A stretch of 63,192 nt of DNA, filler included, from Folioceros fuciformis (taxonomy: Eukaryota): NCBI GenBank assembly GCA_049999805.1. It is 13 parts of 13 records of this genome, joined end to end, with 100 filler letters (N's around TTAATTAATTAA, not from the genome) between each part and the next. Parts side by side here need not be neighbours in the genome. Positions count along the whole stretch, not along the records: positions 32,486 to 40,464 come from JBNGIO010003589.1; positions 40,565 to 42,846 come from JBNGIO010003590.1; positions 42,947 to 47,370 come from JBNGIO010003591.1; positions 47,471 to 50,910 come from JBNGIO010003592.1; 9 more parts are not named here. One strand, written 5' to 3'. A program made the translations under genes and the position numbers. Below are positions 37,298 to 49,007 of the stretch, piece by piece. The first letter of the stretch is position 1; each line of letters starts with the position of its first letter. The notes under the pieces are model-generated. The model searched no databases. It saw only the letters and a program-made list of their open reading frames with translations, and was not told the origin of the DNA.

Positions 37298-37550
37298 CAA
37301 TTCTACACTAGTCTCTAGAGTGTGAACCGATTTTGCTCAACCCTCGTGTTATTTAACTGCCTTGTGCAATTGAATTAGATTCAAACATGTTTTAATCAAT
37401 TGACTACAAGTTGCTCTAGGGAAGAAATTGTTGGTGGTTGTGGATGCACTCTTTTGAGACTAGAATCCTACTAAGTTGGAAGGGATTAAGTCATAGTATC
37501 GTTGGAAAATTACAAGCAAAGCATGTTTTGCGTTCATTGTCTAAACATCT
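37298..37550 (+). pseudogene. Decayed copy of a CPN60B intron-exon-intron segment (source ~34388..34615)
   Basis: Colinear similarity, e.g. GTGGATGCACTCTTTTGAGACT vs GTGGATGCACCCTTCTGAGACT and GGAAGGGATTAAGTCAT vs GGAAGGGATCAAGTCAT; flanking intron sequence also aligns. Confidence 0.75.
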
Positions 37551-38659
37551 CAGTCATCTTAGTCTCATCCATCATGCTTCTAGCTTAGAGCTCTACTCTT
37601 GCCGAGGAATCAAGTGCAGCTTATAGGTTGTAGATCAAGCAGACTCTATCTCATTTTAGCATAGGTAAAAATGGAAGGCATTAATTGAGCATTTTGATAC
37701 CACAACATTTATCGAAAGTATCACATATTAGACACAACTTTAGAATGTCATTCTCACGCTTGTCATCCATGACACATAGGTAGGTTGGCTACTAGTGCAA
37801 CAAAGATCACATATGGCTCGCATAAAACAATGAACTATCAAAATGACAAACTACAAATAAAACATGTGCATACTTACAACCTAAAATTAGGAGTAGTGGA
37901 TGGTGTCAAGCTCTAAGAGATCTTGCCTTTCAACATTTGACTCTCTTCAACCCTAAGACTATTTAAACTTAGCATATATTATATATAAACTTAGCATGAA
38001 TTCATGTATATATGGGGTGCCCAGCCCCTATATTGATGTCCGGGTATATTCTTGCAATCGTACACACACATACTAGGATCCAAGGTGTTGTGTAACGTTT
38101 GCTTGTAACACGTCCTGTAACACAACCAGATTGAGTTATTTTTAGAGGCTTGGCAAAGCCATGTATTTGCCGATGCAAGCTAAAGTAACATTCCTTTGTA
38201 ACATTGTCAGGCTCGCACAATTTTTGAGTGAGCACGGTCCTTGTGCTCTCGTCCCCAGCCCGAGGATGTCACCCCAACCCACCAATGTGTAGTTTAAAAG
38301 CCGCAAGCCATGGGTTCACAAATGGACACTCGTCACACTTACAAAAATGCACTCCATGTAATCAGCACAAGCGATAGGACACCTCATGTCCTTGGTTATT
38401 AGCAAAGGGGTCCCAACCCTCAACCACCAACCCGCGTCCCTAGTGGAGCAAGCGTATGGGGGCTTCGCAGCAAGTCTGATGAGCGCGCATATTGTTTTAT
38501 TGAGAAGAGAACAAGAGACACACATTTCAAGCGCAGCCGGGGTCTGCCAACAGGCCCGTCTCCGACAGTTCACTTGTTTGTTTGCGTTGCTATGGGGACT
38601 ACATCTACGTCCCTATGGGGGCTAATAGTGCCCATTGCTCACCCTAAACCAAATTCCAC

Positions 38660-39140
38660 AATCCAAGGATAAGGCAACGAAATTGATCTCCCTCTTTGGG
38701 CCCCACTTCGACAAGGTGCACGCTTGTGCAAATGGCTGCTTGCTCTTCTAGCATGATTACGCTAAGGATGAGGTTTGCAGGAAGTGTGGGGCTCATCGCT
38801 ATGTTCCTAGAACTGGCCTCCCTAATAGAACTCGTTGAGTGCCACATAAGGTGTTGTGTCACTTTCCATTGAAGGCATGCTTGACACGGATGTTCCAAGA
38901 TCTAGAAATCGCACACATGATCACACCATATGTGCAGATGCGTAGCTCCAATTGCTCCATGGTCATCATGGTTGATACACCAGCTTGGTCAGCGCTTGAT
39001 AGGTTAGATGATTTTCGTGAAGAGGACTGGCACATCCGCTTCACCTTGGCCACTGATGGGTTCAATCCATATGAGCACAAAGCATCCACAAACATCCATT
39101 TGGCCTGTGCTTCTTATCGTGCACAACTTGCTCCCATGGC
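38660..39140 (+). mobile_element. CACTA/En-Spm Tnp2-family transposase fragment, disrupted
   Basis: KVHACANGCLLF, CRKCGAHRY, PHKVLCHFPL, DTPAWSALD, LATDGFNPY and frameshifted SIWPVLLIVHNLLPW. Confidence 0.85.
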
Positions 39141-40464
39141 GAAGTGTGGAGGCAAAACCCCAGGCACTGATTGCCGATGAGTTCCACCTTTTGTGGTCAC
39201 ACTTATCCCACTGTCGTTGAGACATTGGGTTTCGTTCCCACGAAGGAGCGATGGGGTTCCTTGCTGCTGTGGATGAAGGGTTGCACTCAATCGACTCGAT
39301 GATGGATTCGAGGGCTCCCCTCCAGCTCCGATCAGGCGTAGGACAAGCCTCGCTGTCCAGCGGTCAGCTGCACCTCTCTCGTAACCACAAACTCACTCCA
39401 GTCACTACAACGACCCTAACCTCTCAGATGTGCGACTTCCCTCACTCACTTCACTCACTCTCTCGCTCCAGCACCAACACCAGCAACCAACAATGACACC
39501 ACTACCTTCTACACTTCCCTACTGACTCCTCCTACCCAGCAAGAGTCACTAGACTAACCCCAAAGAAAAGAAAGAAGGGAACATGCTCCCCTCTCATATA
39601 TCTCCTCCCCACAACCTTACCAGACGCCATGAAACATGGCCGGCCTACAGCACTTGTCCAAACAGGGAACAAGAGTGGACATGTCGAGAGAAAGACACAT
39701 CCTTTACAATCAAGAGCTAGGGGCAAGCCCCTTCACCCTGGTCATTACACCTTGTGATCCTACTAGACACTATAGAACCGGCAACACGCTGCCTACGATC
39801 CTACCAGACGTTGCACAGCCAGCAACACACTGCAAGTCCTAAACCAAGCAGGGACAGACCACAAGAGCTCGTGAAAAGAGTACCTCCAAGAGCTCACGAA
39901 GTGACAGACTGACTTCCAAAGTGAATGACTACCTCCTCCTACAAGCTCACCTAATCTTATAGGAGCCTCTCTCTCTCTGACTTCATCTCTCTCTAACTTG
40001 ACAAATATTATTTTAATAGGACCACTAGCCTAGCCGGCTGTCACCAGCCACTTATTTAGACTTCTAGCACATCCTACCACCAATGAGGTGGCCCTACCAC
40101 CACAAGGATCTACCACCTCTTAGACTATCTTGAGACTTCGGAGGATATCTGATCTTCAAAGATCTGCGGACGCTGCCTCTTCCTTGCTGGATGGCCGCCT
40201 GCTAAGCCTTCCCCTGCAACTGTTCACCCTTGGTGGCTGAGCCAGCCTCCAGGGGAGGAGTATGAGCAGTGGGAAAGATAGAGAGGAGGTGGGAAGCAAT
40301 GGAATCAGCAGCCAGAACCTGGCCTGAAAACGGTGGCTTATTCAGCGGAATCAGCTTCCAGTCGAAATGGTTCCTCGGCCATGGAAGACTGACCTTGGGG
40401 TGCTGGGATAGGCCTCGAACTAGGAGGAAAAGAAAGTAGGTGAAATAGAGTTGAATTGGAATTT
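39135..40464 (-). mobile_element. Dispersed repeat family B, LTR-like; second copy at ~61920..62420
   Basis: Shared CACTTATCCCA(C/T)TGTCGTTGAGACATTGGGTTTCGTTCCCACGAAGGAGCGATGGGG and ~500 bp of colinear similarity. It interrupts the CACTA transposase. Strand and right boundary tentative. Confidence 0.55.
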
Positions 40465-40564
40465 NNNNNNNNNNNNNNNNNNNNNNNNNNNNNNNNNNNN
40501 NNNNNNNNTTAATTAATTAANNNNNNNNNNNNNNNNNNNNNNNNNNNNNNNNNNNNNNNNNNNN

Positions 40565-40693
40565 AAGTACAAGTCCCCGCCTCCTCCATCTCCCTCGCCT
40601 CCTCCTCCGGTGTACGAGTACAAGTCTCCGCCCCCTCCTACATGGGGCCACAAGGGCGACAAGAAGACGCCGCCTCCTCCCTCAGGGTACTGA
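40565..40693 (+). CDS. Extensin (HRGP) C-terminus
   Basis: KYKSPPPPSPSPPPPVYEYKSPPPP...SGY*, with SP4 and YxY cross-linking motifs. Confidence 0.9.
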   Translation, partial: KYKSPPPPSPSPPPPVYEYKSPPPPTWGHKGDKKTPPPPSGY

Positions 40694-41448
40694 GGAGCTG
40701 GGCTGCTCTTCCCGGCCCGTCTGCGTCGGCTGACCCCGTAAGTCCACCTGTGTGAAGCTGTTTCCGTGAATTCACGTGCTCTTCAACCGCTCTCGCCTGT
40801 GACTTGTACGCATTCTGCATTATTGCGCATTGTATCCGTTCGACTACCTCACAGGCTGGAATGACCAACCATGGATCCAGCTAGAATCTGATTCATGCAT
40901 CTCACCTGTGACAGTCGTGCCTGCCAGGATTTCAAATAATTGGAGAGGGCTGGGCTACAGACGCGGCTCTGCCAAGGTCGTGGCGATCGGCTGGCTTCTG
41001 GGTTACACTGAAGTCCATCGGTAGCAGACAGACCACCGCATCTGATGTGTGCCTTCAGACGCTTACGATCCACATAAGACTTGCAGGCGATTGGAAAGGC
41101 AAAGGCATCCGTGGAGACCGGATCCCACAATTGGTTAGGAGGAGGAGATCCCACCTAACAGGTTGAATAATTAGATAGAGCCTCCCGCAGCATAAAATAA
41201 ACCCGCGAACGTTCTCGGCCTGGCCTGCTTAGCTTGTCTACAGGCTTGTAATTAGCGCCGCCATACATTCTATGTTTTTGGTCACTTTACTTTGTGTGTC
41301 GTTGCTGCTACCGAGTTGCTGACGTTTCGCATTTCGATTTAATCTCATGCGTACTCATATATTTATTTATATATAAGAATTAATAATACCAGTGAATGAT
41401 AAAATTATAATAAAAATAAAAATAATTGATGTTTATCACATAACAAAT

Positions 41449-42052
41449 CTAAATGGTCTCTAATGCTGTCATGGTGGAGTATATGGGAAGGTTAGCTGAA
41501 CTTGAGCTCATGGCCAATTTTGCATTTATCACCACAAGGAGGCCTTTGATTATTTCTACTTGTGTTTGGTTCAATTTTTGGGAGTCCTACAGAAAATAAA
41601 GTAAAGTAGATTAATATATTAAATTATTTATATTGAAATAAAATTGGCATTAATTTGAAGCTTCGGTTAATTGAATTCAATGAGGACAAAAAAACCTGTA
41701 AATTTTGTTGCCTTTGATACAAGTTACAAGCCAACTCCTCATGTTGTTGTAATTGTGTTTGTCTCAATGTATTTGAGTTTGTGCCTGTTTTTATCTTTTC
41801 CACTACATATATATATATAAATCAATAAAAATTCAACGATTCATTCATGTTACCCTAAGTTAGGGTTAAAGAATAATAAGAACAAAGAAAATTCTTACTG
41901 TCTTCGATACACATTTGAAGACACTTGACATTTGAACACAACTCTTGATAAATTTGCTTCTCCGTATCAAGCTCTTTATGTCTCATCGACACTTCTGCTT
42001 CAACTTGTGCATGTTTTCTACATGTATATATATATACATGATAATTAAAATA

Positions 42053-42085
<33 letters not shown>

Positions 42086-42846
42086 ATAATATTTTATTTT
42101 CTCAAAATTTAAAATATGATAGTAACTGACAATTTCAATACCNNNNNNNNNNNNNNNNNNNNNNNNNNNNNNNNNNNNNNNNNNNNNNNNNNNNNNNNNN
42201 NNNNNNNNNNNNNNNNNNNNNNNNNNNNNNNNNNNNNNNNNNGGCCTCTGATTTACTACTGCTATTCTCTGTAACCGTGGTCATGAAACACAATCTTTAG
42301 ATACAATTTTTGGTTAACAAAAATTAAAAATCACATTCACTCAAGTTGCCATACCCATTCGTAAGTTCTTAGCATCTCTTTCTAATATTTGTAGTGATCT
42401 ATACAAAATGTCATGTTCAATTGTTAAATCATCAATTTTTGTCTTCATTTCCTTGTATAAAATGCTTTTGTTTCGCAAAGTATCCACATACTCCTTTAAA
42501 TCCTTCCCTCTACGTATTGTCACTTGTATCTATAGCAAGGAATAATTACAACTTTCATCACTTTTTATCTCATGCAAGTTGTATCCATGAATGATCAATA
42601 TTATGCAATAATTGATAACTTTTATTACCTCTTTGATGGAATTAGTAATTTGTTCAAACTCCTTTTCAAGGCTTCCTTTGGTAGCAATCAATGTTGCAAA
42701 ATTTTTGTTAGCAGCTTGCAACTTATGTGCAACAACTGCACATATTTGATCATTATGCCAATTTAATGTACTTTGCGTCTGCTTGGGTCCATCTTTGCAA
42801 TCAACAATTTGATTTGTGTTTGACAGTTGATTGTTTTCATGAGTTG
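41449..42846 (-). CDS. IFT81: Intraflagellar transport protein 81, C-terminal exons (AT-rich, 5' truncated)
   Basis: RGKDLKEYVDTLRNKSILYKEMKTKIDDLTIEHDILYRSLQIL resembles the IFT81 GDEFKRYVNKLRSKS...LQRT segment. Later coiled-coil exons HAQVEAEV..., QQHEELACNLYQRQQNLQ, DSQKLNQTQVEII...NAKL occur in the expected order. Confidence 0.75.
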
Positions 42847-42946
42847 NNNNNNNNNNNNNNNNNNNNNNNNNNNNNNNNNNNNNNNNNNNNTTAATTAATT
42901 AANNNNNNNNNNNNNNNNNNNNNNNNNNNNNNNNNNNNNNNNNNNN

Positions 42947-43119
42947 ATGGGCGGTGGATGATGGGCGATGGGCGGTGGATGATGGGCGATGGGCGGTGGA
43001 TGATGGGCGATGGGCGGTGGATGATGGGCGATGGGCGGTGGATGATGGGCGATGGGCGGTGGATGATGGGCGATGGGCGGTGGATGATGGGCGATGGGCG
43101 GTGGATGATGGGCGATGGG
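42947..43119. repeat. 21-bp G-rich minisatellite, ~8 perfect copies
   Basis: (ATGGGCGGTGGATGATGGGCG)n at the fragment edge. Confidence 0.95.
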
Positions 43120-46100
43120 AAACAAGGGTGAAGCCCCAAGGCAAGGTAAGGGAAGCCGGAAGGCTGGTTGGAGGGACCCAGACAAATGTTACAAGAGAGA
43201 GCGGATTCGATGCTGCAATTAGAGGCAGTGGCAGTTTGTCCGCTCTCGGACATAATACAATTTACACTCCTTCAGACACGGAAAGCGACAAACGGGGGGT
43301 GCACCACATTAGTAATCTAAAGTGCATGTAGATGCATCGCAGCTTTGCAGTTGCAGAAGTGCAGGTTCCGTTCCGCTTTGCAAGCTGTGCAAGCAACAAG
43401 TTGGAGGTGGATGGGCATTGGGATGGATGACATGAGATCGCATCCTATCTGTCGCCTGTGACTGCTACCCTGCCTTACCCTACTCCATAGACCCTACCCA
43501 GCAGCGCAGCAGCATCAGGCATGGAGTAACTACACGCAACCGGCCAACAGTGTTGGGAGATTTCGTATGCACGAGTGGAAGCTGTAAATCCACTGTGTGG
43601 CTGCGATGCCATGAAGTGAGGGATGGAGTTTACAAGATTCGTGATTGTGGCTGGCCATGGCACCGACGCCAGTGCTGCTCTCATGCTGTGACAAGTGCTG
43701 GGGTGGGCTGGCTATGGTGATGGCGTAAGACACGGGTCCGGACAAGGCCGTGATCCTCGATGCTTGAAACGGGAATCAGCTCCAGGCTGCCCGCTCTGAC
43801 TGGGTCTGACTTCCTTCGGTTGGGCCCCTCCGTTTGCTCGGACCATATCCCTCACTGTGCTCTGGACATTGCTTTTTCCTATTTTGCGTTTTGTCGTGTT
43901 GGGCTGTGAGGGCGAAGAGAAGGCCCATCACAGCCTGGGACATGGACGGGTCGAGATGCCCTGCTGCACTGCACTGCACTGCACTGCTCGTGTGAGGGCG
44001 GTAGGGCTGAGATATGGTAGATAGTGTTGTGTTGGAAACAGTGCACAGCTGCATGGCATGGCATGGCCAATGACACGGACGTTGGGTGTCCCATGCCCAC
44101 CATGGGGTTCAAATCCCACACGAACCACAGCCAGGTGTGCCATGGCCGGATGCAATCATCATGGCCATGGGTGGAACCTGGAAAGAAAGGGTTGGAGTAG
44201 GTGCTGGTATGTGGTCTTGCTCAGTGTGGGTGGGCGAGCCGGATTGAGTGGAAAGCTGGAAGTCTGTGCAAGGCCTGCAGGGGACGGGAATTTTCGGGGA
44301 GAGGGAGAGCTTGTGATTGTCACCCAGATGGGTGTTGGCGTTTGCCTGTGACGTTTTTGGATTTTACTTTTGTCCTGGAGTAGATTTGCGCACAATGGCG
44401 GAACATGGCCGCTGCAGATGCAGCAGGAGAGGTATTGGGGTGTGTAGCCTGCCCATGTTGCCTGTTGTGTGTTGTGGGTGTGCAGTACAGTACAACCGCT
44501 GCGTCTGCCATGAGGGGTGCTGGGTGTGGCGGGATCATGGATGGCCAGGATGGTCGCCGGGCTGGGTTCGTTTCGTCACCTTGGCGTTGTTCTTGCTGCT
44601 GCAGCATCAGCATCAGCACCAGTACCAGTCCTTTGCAGATCTATGTTGTTCCTGCTTCATCTCCTACCTCGAAGGTGATGATGCTTGTGAACATTCTCAT
44701 CACACCGTGCCTGCTTGCTATCTTGCCTTGGAGCGTGCTTCCAGCCATTTTCCAAAGTCATCGCCCAAGCAACAGCACAGCAGCTCTTGTCAAGTCATTC
44801 ATGTCGTCTTCGGCACAAGTTGCTCCTGGAGGACCCTTGCAGCTAGGAGGGAGCTGCTGCGACACCTAAGCTCACTCATGTCGTGCCTCCTTTCCTTCGC
44901 GGCATCCTGCTTGCCACAACGAAAATCAAGTTGGCACCCTGGAGCCAGGGAAATACTAGGGCAGACTTTTCCTCAGTTGCCTTGGCTGCTGCCGGAGTGG
45001 GGAGAGGCCCAGAGAGCCCTGGTGGTGGTGCTCCCGAGTCCCCTCCAGTCCCGGGCCCTCCTCCCCAAGCCCCACCACTCTCTTTCTCCGACACAGCCAG
45101 TGCTCTGCGTTGCCTCTCTTTCCATCTCTGAAGTCTGGCACCACAGGACGAAGCCCAGAGGCCTCTACTGGGCAGGCCCTGAACTATCTCTCTTCTCTCC
45201 CAATAGCCAACCATGGCTCAGAAGCAGAGGAGTGAGTGGGCCTGCTTTTGCGGGAGCGTCTGCGTTTGCAGGCCGGCCTGGTGACTCGCACATACTCACA
45301 ACAAAAACGCTCTGCGCTGCTCTGCTGTGGTCTGGTCTGGTCCGGTCTGGTCTGCTTTGTTCGACTCCGTTGCTGCAGCTTCTGCTCCCTTCTCTCACAG
45401 GCCGTCTATCGTCTCAACACACTTCCACCTTTTCTATTCTACTGTATTCCGTTCCATTCCTTTCTATTCCATCACCCATCCACCCACCACCTCCCGCTCC
45501 CTCCAGCACTCAACTCTCTACTGCTGCATGTTCCCAAGCCGAAGCCAAAATCAAGAGCCCCTCTCTCTCCCCCCGCCCTNNNNNNNNNNNNNNNNNNNNN
45601 NNNNNNNNNNNNNNNNNNNNNNNNNNNNNNNNNNNNNNNNNNNNNNNNNNNNNNNNNNNNNNNNNNNNNNNNNNNNNNNCCTGCGTGTCCTGCTCCTGCC
45701 TCCCCCGCCGCTGCGTGCTGAGCATCTGCTCGCTTCATCAGCGGCAGCAGCAGCAGCGGCAGCAGGAGCATCAGCAGGCATCAGCAGGTTGCAGCAGTGA
45801 GGCTCGCACTTGCTGACACTGCCTGTACTGCTGTGCCCTTCCTGCCCCTTCTCCCTCCTTGATATGTGCCTTGTCCCCACCCAAGTACGGTACCTTTCCT
45901 TGTGCACTCTCGCACCTCTCTTCTTGCTCGCGCTGCGAGCTACCAGCGGCAGGAGCAGCAGCAGCTAAGCCTGTGGCAGCCCAAGCCTCTGTGCCTCCGC
46001 AAGCAGGCCAGAGCGCAGAGGGCGAGAGAATTGCTGGGGTGGTTGTGCATTTGCTTGTACATATCAAGGGGCCGGGCGGGGGTACTTGGAAAGTGAGCGT

Positions 46101-46353
46101 TGTCCTCCCTCCTTCTCACTGCTGCCGCTGCCGCTGCCCACGGAGGCTGCAGGTGCCCGGATTCTTTGTGCTGTACGCGGGAGAGAGGAGGAGAGCTGCT
46201 GTGAGTACATTGGCAATGTCATTGGGGCCAGCCGCAGCTGCAGCCGCTTAGTACCCGGGAGGCGGAGGGAGGGATTTGTGGGCAGCAGCAGCGGCAGCTG
46301 ACGGAAGCGGAAGCAGGCGGGGCCGGCCGGTTCTTGCCCGATGTGCTGCAGGC

Positions 46354-47370
46354 ATGGAGAAGGTGCAGATAGGAGGAGGAGCAGCATCAGCAGCAGGCAA
46401 GGCTGGAGGGGGTGCTGACTGCGATGCCGTAGCGCTCTCTTTCTCCTCCTCCTCCCCCGTGTTGGGCTCTTCCCCTCCCCACCCCGGAGGCAATCGCGCC
46501 TTCCAGAACTCCTCCTGCTCCCCTTTGATGCGCAGCAGCAGCCAGCGCCACACCCACCACATGGCCGCCATGGCTATGGACAGCGCCGCCCACTCGGGGG
46601 ACACCTGCTGGGGCTCTGTGCCCACCTGGGAGCACCAGCAACCTCACAGCGCCGGGATGGATGTGGCGGCTGCTGCGGCTGCTGCCGCCGCCGCCGGAGA
46701 CTATGGCAGCACCGGATGGGACGTGAAGGCGGGCGTCTCGGCCTGGGACTGGGACTTGTCGCCCTTCTCCGCGCGCGGAGACGGCGGCAGACGAGCTTCC
46801 GACTTCGATCTGCAGCAGAAGGGATCCTCAGTCTCTGCTGCTGCTCCTGCAGCTGCGGTTGCATTCAATCTGCCTCCTGCTCCGGCGCCTGCTCCCCAGG
46901 CTGCGGCAGCCCAAAAGGCGTCCTTCTCGACCGGGTTCTCCTCCGGGGCTCCATCGCCCATGACTTCCTCTTCAGGAATTCCGGGCTTGGCTCCGACCAA
47001 GGGCGGCTTTGGCAGCCCTGGAGATCATACGTTTGCAGCGGATTCCGCCATGCCCCGCAATGTGGAGTTTCGGGTGAAGGCGGAGGTGGAGTCCCCGCGA
47101 GGCCTTGACCAGGAGCAACCGCAGCTGCAGCAGCCCAGGAAGAGTCTAAACGTGCAGGACATGCGACCTTCCGCCATGAAGATCTCTGCAAATGCTGGGC
47201 TTGTTCCCGAGCACAAAGCTAATGGGTCCTTGGACCAGCAGAAACAGCAGCAGCAGCAACAGCAGCCGCAACCACCGCCACAGCAGCAGAGAGTGTCGTC
47301 CCAAGCGAGCATGTGTGGTGTGGATCAGCAGCGGCGGCTGTTCTTGGGGCTGGGCGGAGTGCCGGATGAG
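46354..47370 (+). CDS. Low-complexity N-terminus of a probable transcription factor (possibly SBP/SPL), 3' truncated
   Basis: 339 open codons after a 5'UTR intron (GTGAGT 46201..CAG 46351), poly-A/Q tracts, and GWDVKAGVSAWDWD resembling SPL N-terminal WxxK...WDW. No DNA-binding domain inside the fragment. Confidence 0.5.
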
Positions 47371-47659
47371 NNNNNNNNNNNNNNNNNNNNNNNNNNNNNN
47401 NNNNNNNNNNNNNNTTAATTAATTAANNNNNNNNNNNNNNNNNNNNNNNNNNNNNNNNNNNNNNNNNNNNCCCCCCCCACTGGAAGGCCGAATCAGCCAG
47501 CCTGCTACTCACCAGCGTCTTCAGCACCGTCTGGCCCGTAAGTCCCTGGAAGAAGCCTCTCCTCCATCTCCAGAAAACCGCGAAGAAAGGGCCTTCTACC
47601 CCCGCTCCAAGAAGAGGCCTGATGTGGCCCTTCCAATTCCACGAGCATAACCATTTCCT

Positions 47660-47939
47660 TCACAGTCTGCTAACCTGCTGTCCACCCCTTCGCAGCCCCT
47701 GCAATGCCACAGCCATCTTCGCTTCCACACGAGCATTGGTCTTCACCAGCTCGATGTTAGCAGCAAGAGAAGCTCCACCAGTGAGCTCNNNNNNNNNNNN
47801 NNNNNNNNNNNNNNNNNNNNNNNNNNNNNNNNNNNNNNNNNNNNNNNNNNNNNNNNNNNNNNNNNNNNNNNNNNNNNNNNNNNNNNNNCTTCAGGAAGAA
47901 GGGCGTGACAGCAGCGCCCACAACCCCCTTCTCCTCGCA
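47660..47939 (-). pseudogene. Isolated C-terminal segment of pseudouridine-5'-phosphate glycosidase (PsuG/IndA/PUMY family)
   Basis: CEEKGVVGAAVTPFFLK [gap] ELTGGASLAANIELVKTNARVEAKMAVALQGLRRGGQQVSRL*. The frame is closed just upstream (~47958). Absent from the ORF track. Confidence 0.8.
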
Positions 47940-48814
47940 GCAGTTCTGTGGAAATTATCTCCTCGTCGTTGCTCCACCTCTTCAGCTCGTAGATTCTTCA
48001 ACGTGATAGCAAGCGGAGCCCTCTCAGCAGGTCGCGCTGCGATTTCCTCCTTCAACCTGTCTGCGTTCCTTTCTGCCTCCACCTTTTCCTCCAATTCTTG
48101 GCGTTCCACCGAGGCTTTGCCTAATGATGAGCCTGCCTTCCCACTCTCAGCATCTTCCTTCTCCCGCTTCGCCGGAGACAAACTCGTTGAAGACAGATGA
48201 CTCGCTGGAGAACTAGCTCTCCCCGTGTCGGTGTTCCCCCCGTCACGAACACCGATATCCCCACTGCAGCTGCCAGGAACAGGGGGGAGACACGGTGGTG
48301 GCGCCGTCCATCCTCTGTCCGCCAGCAAAACGCACAGGCTTTGGGCCCTGACTCCTCATCTCTCCAGAGAACCACACCTGCCCAGCGCCCGATCATTGCC
48401 GAAGCTCGGTCCACAACCAACCATCCCCGACAAAATCGTGCACCGCAAACCATACTATTCTCATAACCCCCGCACCCGGAACAGCCAACTGCTCCAGCAT
48501 CACTTGAGCCCGCCATGCTCCCTACTACCACCATCGCAGTCGCAGTCCTCCACTCCTGCCTCTATCACTACCACACAGCGAGGAACAAATCCCGCATAGT
48601 CCAAAGATGCCCTCCATCAACCACACTGTCCTTTAACCAAACAACTCCAACGTTCCCACACATTCCTCCACTCAGTCCTAGCCTTCAGGACGAGTCCTGA
48701 GAATCCGACAAGCCCGGGAAAGGGCTACGCCAGGCCTCCATAGACCACCCCGGTCCCCAAAGATCAAGAGCTCACAACTAGGGTTTAAGAAAATCTCCTT
48801 TTTAACCTCGTTAG

Positions 48815-49000
48815 GTTAAGAGGGGGTGTTAGAGGTTACATATCTAACCTATGGTTAACTTAACTCGGTTCTTAAACTGCTAAGGGTTAATAAAACTCAA
48901 ACTATAAAAACAACAATATACAACTATTCGTTATCATTCTATATATGCTTGCTTCTAGTTTCTAGAATATATTTGTATTATGTATGGAATCACATATATA
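48815..49000 (+). mobile_element. PPT and start of an LTR
   Basis: TAAGAGGGGG directly followed by TGTTAGAG at 48827, then AT-rich LTR-like sequence. Confidence 0.55.
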
Positions 49001-49007
49001 GAAAGCA

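Noticed and set aside
38476..38482. Hammerhead ribozyme core CTGATGA
   Set aside because: No stem II followed by GAAA and no closing helices.
42891..43331. Repetitive proteins (IIHRPSP / DDGRWAV)
   Set aside because: Translations of the 21-bp minisatellite, open in several frames.
44317..45816. 499-aa ORF
   Set aside because: Non-ATG start, spans an N gap, contains simple repeats and no domain; expected by chance in GC-rich DNA.
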